The notes beneath the pieces are model-generated. The model did not search any database and was not told the origin of the DNA. It was given only the letters and a program-made list of their open reading frames with translations. A stretch of 63,413 bases of DNA, counting the filler, from Choristocarpus tenellus KU-1152 (Eukaryota > Protista > Phaeophyceae): assembly GCA_964200185.2 (NCBI GenBank). It is 11 parts of 11 records of this genome, joined end to end, with 100 filler letters (N's around TTAATTAATTAA, not from the genome) between each part and the next. Parts side by side here need not be neighbours in the genome. Positions count along the whole stretch, not along the records: positions 53,144 to 63,413 come from CAXNAD020003026.1; 10 more parts are not named here. The stretch is one strand, 5' to 3'. The translations under genes and the position numbers were made by a program. Numbering within the stretch: position 1 is the first letter of the stretch; every line of letters starts with the position of its first letter. Positions 54,185 through 63,413 of the stretch are shown here, in pieces.

Positions 54185-54871
54185 TCATCTTAACAAGAAA
54201 CATAAGGATGCCCAAGTTAAGGCAAGTAATCTCGTAGTCTGTGCTATGATAAATTCACTACTAAGACGTCTGGACGTGGGGTAGAATTCGACAAGAACCT
54301 TCCAACTCAGTTGGTCCACCCTTTTCTTGTCCTTATGGAAACGCTCAGACGATAGACGAAGATCATGGGGTAAATCAGAGTCACCTCTCTGCTACTCACC
54401 AGTGGATGGTCACGATGCCATCGACCTTATCTCCGCTTGTTCACACTAACGCGATACCCCCTATTTTAGTGCAATAGCATGGATGCTCTGCGAATGTAAA
54501 AGGTCATTTGAAACGCTGACGGAAAGCTTCTCAGTTGAACCATTGGGCTTCAACTTTCCCCCAAGTGAAATGTGCGATAGATAACCAGATCTACACACCT
54601 GAACCCTCGAGATGGTCACAAATAAGTCTTCAACACTCAAAACAGGGGGTGGCTTCTTCTGTTCTTTAGTCCGCGCCTTTGTCTTGTTCCTGCGCTGACC
54701 GGTCCTTGTGGAGCGAGGGCTGTTTAAGTCTCGTCCTCCGCCGGGACACTCTCCACCCTCACCATGTTCGGATTGATCTTCCACAGGAGGAGTACTGGGC
54801 TCGATGCCGAGGTTTGTAATCCTTTTTGCTAAATCTTCACTTTCCTCTGGTGCTGCTGTAATTCCAGCCAT
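54185..54871 (-). pseudogene. Decayed intronless ORF (229 codons, 4 internal stops); possible viral coat or nucleocapsid protein
   Basis: tagcaaccATGGCT start; disordered basic N-terminal arm (RTGQRRNKTKARTKEQKKPPP); frame continues through stops to ...KVLVEFYPTSRRLSSEFIIAQ...; adjacent to the RdRp fossil. Confidence 0.4.
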
Positions 54872-55199
54872 GGTTGCTAGGCACACACCCCAGAAATGCC
54901 TTCACCGAAGCAAGGCCCGAACACCTTGGTATTGAAGCTCCTGGCACGTTTCCTTCCACAAAGTCCATCTCATAATTTCTATGTCTAAGGGGTAGGTTCA
55001 GCAGTGTGCCAAAGAGCTTTTTTGCGGGTATATGTAAAATTGCAGTTCTTTCACAACGCCTCAGTCCCTTCAAATTATAAAGACGAACGACCCAAACCAC
55101 TTTAACTTGTTGACGTTACATTACCATACATGGGAGAGTTCATATAATTTTAGATATACGTAGAAAAAAAAAGGTTCAATTTCATATTTGTTAGAAAAA

Positions 55200-57000
55200 T
55201 ACTCAAGGTGGTACCAGTAACTTCGCCCTTTGTGACAATCTTGAGTTTTTTCACCAATCAGAATGATGTGGCATATGTGGTGCTCAAAGTGCAGCAATAT
55301 AGCAATATACTCAGAGTTTCCCCCAAAAGTACTGTAAAAGTACTCTCCCACTTCAGAAGAACGATTGCCGTCGTCGCCACTGTGAAACAGATGGAACAAG
55401 CCGACAGGTTCTTCGTAACAAAGGGGAGCGGGAAGACCCACATCAAAGAGAGACAAGTCAAAAAGGGAGAGCAATCCCTCAGAAGATCACTTGAGAAAAG
55501 AGTGTTCCAGTGGTAACTGAATGAGGGGGTTTGGCAAAGTCATTCCAAACTACCCGATCTTCAAGCAGATGTTACCTTCAACATGCAATAACCAATGTCA
55601 TATGAATATCAGAATCTTCAAGATAGGTCACCTTCAGGGTATACCTTCTGTAGAAGATAGCTTTCACATAACCACACAAAAGATAACAATATATATATAT
55701 ATCAAATGAAAGGGTATGACAAGAGGGTTTGAAGGTTTGTATCCACGAATGCCCAAGCTTCGGGGAACGGGAGCTATGTTCCGATCAAATAATGATAAAA
55801 ACGCAGGGGAACATATCCGGTGCAATTTTGAGGGTCACGATTTCAAAACGGACAAAAATGAAGTGGTTGGCCGAACTCCTTCCAGAAAACTGGTCCAGGG
55901 TAGGTCACTGCCCAAGTTTGCCCGGTGTGTGGATACCGAAGATTTCTGGACATCTTTTTATACCTTTTGCAGACTTTCTGTGAGCACACGCACACACGTG
56001 ACTTACACAGTAACATGAACCACGACAGTGAGACAAGGAGAGACACCGAGGCCACTCTACCCCCTGGATCTACCCTCGGTACCTTCTCTGTCGAGAGGCA
56101 ACGGAAAAGCAAGTACCGTGTGAGATTCAGTGCGATGTTAGGTGACGACAAAGTGTGTTAAATATGGTGCAGCAGCATCATCAAATCGTGAAATGGATCA
56201 CGCGGTCCGGACACTGACGCTGAGAGAAGATGCATTGAAAGCATTACCGCACAAACGTGGTGGGGTCTTCAACCACATCGGAGAACTGCTCTATAGTCTC
56301 TGCTACCTTGGGAAAACAAGAAGAAAACGGCGAGTCCATCACCCGGAGGTACAGTGACGAAGTCTGCGGGGAAGCCTGGTCACAGCGGGCGAAGGGAGAA
56401 CCAGAGTGGCCCGTCGAAGGGAAGGTTGGGGAGGAGAGTAGTGCGACTGCGTGCCATTGCGCTCAGGAACGCCTAAGCGAAACCCGGGTGTAGAATATCT
56501 TGGTATCCAACAGTTGCAGCAGGCCTTGGGTGTTTGGAAGCTATGTGAGCCAGAGTGGCTTAGAAAAAGAGAAAGAAGGTGCTAGGGTTGGACTACAAGG
56601 GCTCTGAAGCCCGAAAGAAGGTAACCCATTTCCGACACTCAACGAGGAAATGTGATAGTAAAGGCTCTAACATTGTGAATCCTGTACCTGTGTATGAATG
56701 ACGAGAAGGACCATCAAACAGCGCTCGGGATGGCAGCAGGATATGCGATGGCCAAGTCGGAAATTGTGAGTAAATGGGAGAGAGACTTCCTAACTAAGGG
56801 CCACATCAAGATGTCAGAGCAAGGGCGACGAGAGGTGTCTCGTTCTGAACCTCGACGAGGATATCCTTGTCGGTGTCAAAGAGTGGGTGCACGAGCACAC
56901 AGGAAGAAAGGGTGGGGAGGCTTTTTCCCGTCTAAACCCCATAAAAGTATGATAGCAGCTGTGACGAATTTGCATAAAAGGTTGTATTGCTGTATCTAGC
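55200..57000 (+). pseudogene. Endogenous narnavirus-like (Lenarviricota) RNA-dependent RNA polymerase, frameshifted
   Basis: In order: FQW..MRGFGKVIP (55505-55547), GAMF...KTQGNISGAIL (55771-55830), MLGDD (GDD 56141-56149), KHYR/KRGGVF (56239-56270), WYPTVAAGLG (56501-56530), C-terminal ORF ending 56999. Confidence 0.68.
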
Positions 57001-59650
57001 ACCTCTCCGGTAACAATTATACACAGATTTCAGTAACCAGGAGTTCCTCGTATAAATACTAATCTAGTGTTAATAACCCTACTTTTAATTATCCCTTTCA
57101 ACAGAAAGATGAAGAAAAATTCTGACCCCTACAAGCATATATTAAGGTTTATCTGTTTGAGCTCTAGGGCTTGTGTTTTCACCGTTAATGGTACCAGTCC
57201 ACACCTTCTGTGTCCCAAATAGGCACAGCAATATCCTTTTCATTTTTTTAGTCCCAACCACTTACCGCACACCACTTCGTTAAGTAGTACGAAGGAGTGA
57301 GTGCATCGAAAGAAGAAGAATCGTGATATTATATGTATAGGAATCGTTTCCCCTCTCTGATGATAAAAAATATTATCGATTATTATTATTGATGTAGAGA
57401 TGTAATCATCATATTATAAAGAGAAATGGAAAACGCAGTGAAAACGAAACGAAACACATACCCACACACACACTACATTCTAGTTGTTAGAAGGTTACCC
57501 TCGGCAAGCCGTGTACAGTTAAGTTCTGTTTCTTCTATTGTACATCAACAACACACATTTTGCGTACGCACATACGTGTTCCTTCACTGCAAAGGAGACT
57601 ATAATTTATCACACTAACTCGCTGGTGGTGTTGAGCGCATAGAATCGCTGTAATCAGTTGTAAATCTGATAAAATGAACCAATATTGTTCTCCTTGTTGT
57701 AAAGATAATACCCCACAAACAACCTACTCTAATACACATTATTTGTAGAAGAGCAGAGGATATCTACCTAAGATCATTGATGGATCAGTTCCTATGACCA
57801 AAAAAAACTCTCTCGTCATAAGATGGATCTCCACCAAGCAACAAGGGAAACACCTATCATGCAGTGCACCGTACTCCCTCATAGTACAGTATACCATTGT
57901 CACCGGCCACCGCAAAAAAAAACGCTACGACCGTTACGCCAGAAAGTGCAGTGCAAATGAATGGTGGACACTTCTTGCATCCTCATTCGATCTCCTCCAC
58001 ACCTACAAAAAAAGGCCCCATCCCTTAAACAAAACAGAGCATTCCATCCGTGTTTGCATATTTCAACCACTACAAAGAGTAAGTGGATAGAGTGCAATCA
58101 ATAACAAAGGATAGTCAGCTGTGCCACTCAGCACCTACATCAACCACTTACTACTTTGTTCCTCAACAATCACCGTTAATGTGCTACACCTTGTGAAATA
58201 CGACCACCTCAATGGACAGATCTTGTACTACTCTTGGTGGCAAAAGAAGATCATGAAACGAACTATATGTCACGTTACTTCACTGCCAAGGGGGGTCAAA
58301 ATCGAACCCTGCTGGCTGCACTCTCTCCAACCGCCTCAAACGAATCTCACCCAAAGTGATGAAATAAATAGATAGTAGCACCAAGCACCATTATCAGGTA
58401 CCAGAACACCACTGCACGGTCACCACTTGCAAATGCCATCATCACCACCAACATCACAACATCACTGGTACATCATCCTACAACATACAAATAATCAAAG
58501 TAATCACTTATTATCAGACCAGGACTATTGAATACACACGGTCTCAACCATCCATCCATCCCTTCAACACTGACTGGCTGGCCCACACAATAAAACATTA
58601 ATCAATCGCTAGTTGTTGCTGCGGTGCTTAAGGGCGGGCATGGCCAAAACATACACACTTTCACACACTTTCACATACACAAACAAATGCAGATCTATCG
58701 TTTGCAAAGGAAGAAGGTAAATAATCTGACATTTTTTTTCCTCTTCCTGAACATATCTCCCCCCAGAGCCTGTTTCCTCCCTCTTACTCATTCCCCTTGT
58801 CAATCAAAGAACTACTTGATTGCCTAAGATGATATACACAACATGCATGCACACATGTAGACCTACCGGAACCCATCCCTTCAATATGAAATTCAACACG
58901 ATATGATATTAGACAAGAAAAAACAAGAAAAAGACAAGAAAATCGGTACAGTACAGTCAGCTCCATCACGCAAGAGGTGCAACGGCAACCTCATCATCGA
59001 CCAGTAGCACGTAACACATGTAATACGACCCCCCCAAGAAAATGTTGGAAGATCAAAAATAAAAGGAATCGAGTAAAAAAGTACAAGCTGTATCTAACAC
59101 ATAGGAGAGTGAACCACCCGATCACAAAGAATGAAAGTTCACCAAACTAAGGAAACCCTTGATCATAAACTCAACTGCGTCGCTTCTTCACACACACACA
59201 CACACACAGATATATACACACTAATGTTGGGAATGCACACAATCATGGGTGTGTGCATTGTGTGTGATCCAACCCCTACAAACCACTTTCCGTTTCCAGT
59301 ACACCCCCCACACTCATCTTTGGACAAAAACATCGATCCAAGGGAATCAAGCATGCACAGCACAAGTACAAACACTCATGCAATCATGCGTGCACACATA
59401 CCACCCCAGGATGAAGGCAACAAAATGGAACCATGTCAACCTCCTCCTCCCTCTTGAACCAATCTGAGTCAAAACTCAAGAACACATGATTGAATCTAGA
59501 ACCTGAGTCCAACTCTCGCGTTTTGTATCTTGGGAAAATGCTTCACACACAAATTTTAAGAAACGGGGACAGGGTGTAACCGCCTGGTATGCAGAAGGCA
59601 ATGTCATTGCCACTACGACTCACATTGAGACAACACCTTACAAAATGCAC

Positions 59651-62600
59651 TTACACAAATCCCCCAGGATCTCCACTCAAGGAAACTCCTGACCCGCCAT
59701 CCCCGAATGAAATCCCCCCTATGTCTACAACTTCGCTTCCGGCCTCTTGCCCACCAACAGATTCAGCGTCAAAAACGAACCTCCTATCCACTCGGTCACC
59801 CTCTCTCACTCTCCCCCTACTCCCTACCCTCCTCTCAGCTTCAGCCTGCCCAATCAACATACCACCAGGAGGAAGTATAGAACCCTCCACAAGTTGACCA
59901 TTAGTGCCACCACCATAACGTGTAGTCTTTCTATTAATGGAATTACCAGAATTTTGCCTCCAATGCCGGTTCCTTGTTATCTCCAACCCACAACCACTCC
60001 CACCTCCAATTCCCCCCCCTTCAAGAATATTTCGTTGCTCCAGCTTCACCACCTTCCCATCTTCCATCCCCAACACTGAACTTGTTGCATCCTCTCTCAC
60101 CCCCCCCCCAGGCCCTCTTGCTCCCACAACTCTGCTTGTGCCAGCAACATCAACACTAACACCGCTGGTTATGTCAATCCCCACGCCAGAGCCAGAACAA
60201 GATACTCCCCCTGCATCTCCACGGTTTGGATTATCCATCTTGCTTGGTGAGGAGCCTTTGGCCAGAGGAGCAGAGGTGCCTTCAAGTAAGGTAGGAGCAG
60301 CATCAGTCCCCCCACCTGTCACAGCTGTGGGGTCAGGGCAAGCACTAACACTGGCACTTCCCCGGTGTCCACGCTCACGTTTAATCCTCCGTTGGATAAG
60401 GTTGTAGCGATTCTTGACATCATTGTAACCTCGGCCATTAAGATGCCGGCAAATCTCAGCCCACTGGTTGTGATTTTGCATTAGGATAGGGGTTGGGTGG
60501 AGGGGGTCAGTGCAAGCAGGATGTACGGTGTTGTCCTTCCATGCATTGATGATGTTCATGTATATGAGTGCGTGTGCACACAGCCTCTTAAATCAATTGA
60601 TACCATTTTTGAGTTCAAGCATATATAATCAACGAGTCTTGTATGACATCGCTCTCAAGTGGAAAAATCAGTACCTCTCCAGTGGAATCAAACCTCAAGT
60701 TGAAGAACACTCTTCTCAACAAGGAAAATATTGATTTGATGATGACCATTGGACACATGGCACATACTACAAATTGCACCTTAGTACAGTCCCACAGTAC
60801 CAACAGAAAGACCTGGAGGTTGTTGCTTGTTTGCAAGCTGGACCACTGGGCAAGTATAAGTCAGATTCAAGAGAGAGGAGCGAGTAAACAATCGGTGAGA
60901 TGGCTCAACCCACAGGCCAAGAAGCAAGGCATGCAGTAGAGGTAGAGGAATGGCACTTGTTGTATAGAGCCTGTTGTAGCGAGCCTTCTGAGACCATGGA
61001 CAGGTAGGATACAAGTAATCCAGATCGACAAGTGAACAATAACATTGTTGATAGTAACAGTATGATGGTCCAAACAACACAACACTAAAAAAAACAGCCT
61101 CAACAAATTAAATGATCTGAAAGATAGGTTATGTGGATTATAAGTGTTGGGAAGCTCTAGTCAATCATACAAGATGACCGATTCCAAGAAAATCATATAT
61201 TTTCACCGAACATTATACCAGTCAAAGTAGTAGACTATTGTTAGATTCTGTATGATAAACAAACATAATTGAGGCTTGTGTCAGATGGAGGTCATCAAGA
61301 CACAAATGATGTATATTTTTTTTGAAAAAATACAATTGATAAAATCAGGAGAAAAATGGGGAAAAAATACCAACATCAAGGGAACTAAAGATCAGTCAAG
61401 TTAATAGTTTGTGAAACAGACAGCCGATCTGTCATACAGGTAGGTTTTGAAACCACAACAAAAAAACAAAAACATGAAAAACATGAAAAACCCCTCACTT
61501 TTCCAGGTTCCAAGCAACACTATAGTTTTTGAGAAAATAAGATTGAAAGCTTCACTCCAAACAAGAGCTCTAACTCAGCCTGTAGAGCCTTGCAGTAACC
61601 CACTTGGTGCATTGGAGCATGGGGGGTGAACTCTGTGTGATTTAATGTGTATATCCTGGTAGGTATGATCCATTCACTACAATATTGTCGATCAATGCCT
61701 AACCTGATGTTGTTTTTGATGGCACAGTTGCATCAGCACTGCCTCCTCCTCCATGGTCCAGGGTTCTTCCTTCCTAAGACTTGGATCCAAGTGATTTAGG
61801 TACCTCTCCCGACACTGCTTTGCCACCCGGCCAGGTATGTGTCTCGCCACATCAGCCCACTGTAAAAAAAATAGAGCATCATCAGCATGTCAAAGGGAGC
61901 AGAGGTGTGTCCATAGCCCAAACTAAAGTCAGGCAGGGGGGTAGATCTTCATTGATGCAATTTTATTGTATTGGATGTACTTCCAGGATGGCAAGAAATT
62001 AAGAATGATAAAGATGAAAAGCAGGTTGTGGGGTTTTGACAGCTTAGTACGAGTGAAGACCAAGCACAAATAAATCACTTTCAAATGCTGTTCATGTGCT
62101 GATCATCTATTCATGGATTTTGCGGATGGTATATTGTTCTAACAGAAAAAATATGCTCACATAGTGTGCTTCCTTGATGGTTTCTTTCACCTGTGTTGCG
62201 CATGTTGAAATAACTTTCAGGGTTAGGGTTGGGGTCCATCGGAGCATCTTCATAAGGCAACATAAAACTTCAATAATTGTAAGGACAAAATAAAATTGCA
62301 CATAAGCGAGTTGTTGCCCACATTTGGACTTAACTGAGCTCCTGTCTGCTCTCTCAATATCTTCTACCCTTTTTTGTCTGAGCAGACACAACATATGCTG
62401 TTGAAGTTATGTTGTTAAGTTATATTGTTGAAGTTACGTTGTTCAAGGTGCGCAAGGCATACACAAGAGACCAAGCTGGAGAAGCAAAACTGACTGACCC
62501 AACCGAAACTTGGGGGAAAAAAGATAAAAGACATAACCCTAACCCTAACCCTAAACCTAAGAAAGTATGAAATAACCGATATCTAGTCGCTGTACATGAA

Positions 62601-63311
62601 AAAATATTGGTAGCTGTGCCTACACCAATAGTTGAAAAAAAAAATCTTGTACGATCATGAAATGTGAAGAAAGGAGAAAACGAGTTATCCACCAGCTCTC
62701 CCTCTCTAGCAACGTCAGCATCGAAGAAAGAAAAAATCCAATCTCAAAACATATCAAGACACCGCTGTTCCACAGAGGTTGCTAGTCTTGTACCAGACAT
62801 CTGCCCCAGTGGTTCAATGATATCTCAACATCATTTCAAAACCACAGGCTTGAGCACTGCCGGACTTCATCCTAATAATGATCAATTATCACTTTATTCT
62901 TAAAAGTATCGAAACACAGATGACAGGGACCAGTGCTGGCGACTTTGAAAAAGTTTCAAAATGTAGGCTTAAGAACAAATACAAAACATTTTTTCTCATC
63001 ATACTAACACTAAAAATACTGCTGTCTTTTTTTAAGAGAAAAAAACAAAAAGCTCCTTCTCCTCCACTCCCTCCCTAAAACTAATCCTGTAAATATCTCC
63101 ATCTTCTCTTGGATAGAATTAATTTTTCTGTTGGTACTCACCCTTGTCCCAACAGCTTTAACCAGCTTTCGGAGGCGGTCATCCTCCTCAGCAGTCCAGG
63201 TCCCAATCCCCTTGATCAAGCGGTTGGGGTTCACCCCTGCTCTCCAGTGGAGCATGCACTGCATCTCTGTCTTACCCCCAAGGGTATCTGCTATGAGACT
63301 CCACTTAGGAC
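59651..63311 (-). CDS. Myb transcription factor with at least 3 repeats (3' part). Exons 63311-63142, 61859-61704, 60463-59651
   Basis: KWSLIADTLGGKTEMQCMLHW...GTWTAEEDDRLRKLV...|WADVARHIPGRVAKQCRERYLNHLDP...PWTMEEE...|WAEICRHLNGRGYNDVKNRYN, then a Gly-rich tail. Phases consistent. Confidence 0.95.
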
Positions 63312-63413
63312 CTGCAGCATTGAAAAAGGAAAAAGATCAGTAGAAGGATGGTAGATGTGGGGGGGAAGGGGGAGGGGGGGAAGCAATGAAAAGGATGAGG
63401 TAGCATAGTTGCT

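Noticed and set aside
54185-57050. Ambivirus (circular ambisense genome) interpretation
   Set aside because: No hammerhead or hairpin ribozyme core was recognisable between the ORFs, and the polymerase motifs look narna-like. An Infernal scan would be needed to exclude it fully.
59589-60407. Pro/Ser-rich plus-strand ORFs
   Set aside because: Antisense to the Gly-rich last exon of the Myb gene.

Overview
Eukaryotic nuclear DNA with short exons, long repeat-rich GT-AG introns and scattered TAACCC runs. A stramenopile or brown-alga-like host is my inference only. Ten identical artificial 100-bp spacers (N44-TTAATTAATTAA-N44) split the window into 11 pieces, so adjacency across spacers is unproven. 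All host gene fragments I could read are on the minus strand: an EF-hand-like protein, a VHS-domain protein, a PPP4R1-like HEAT protein, a UBR/N-recognin E3 ligase C-terminus, a Myb factor with at least three repeats, and hypothetical exons. Mobile DNA includes decayed Copia and Gypsy elements, a CRE-clade non-LTR element holding a solo LTR, and four MITE families. Three of these share GRGYCAAA-type termini and 3-4 bp TSDs. The main findings are apparent fossil RNA-virus sequences. One is a narnavirus-like RdRp pseudogene (about 55200-57000) with GDD and downstream motifs but no recognisable motifs F/A/B. It sits head-to-head with a decayed coat or nucleocapsid-like ORF. The other is a decayed K-D-K-E 2'-O-methyltransferase region (about 20400-22700) resembling the C-terminus of a negative-strand virus L protein. 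All homology calls come from motif recognition by eye; no searches were run.
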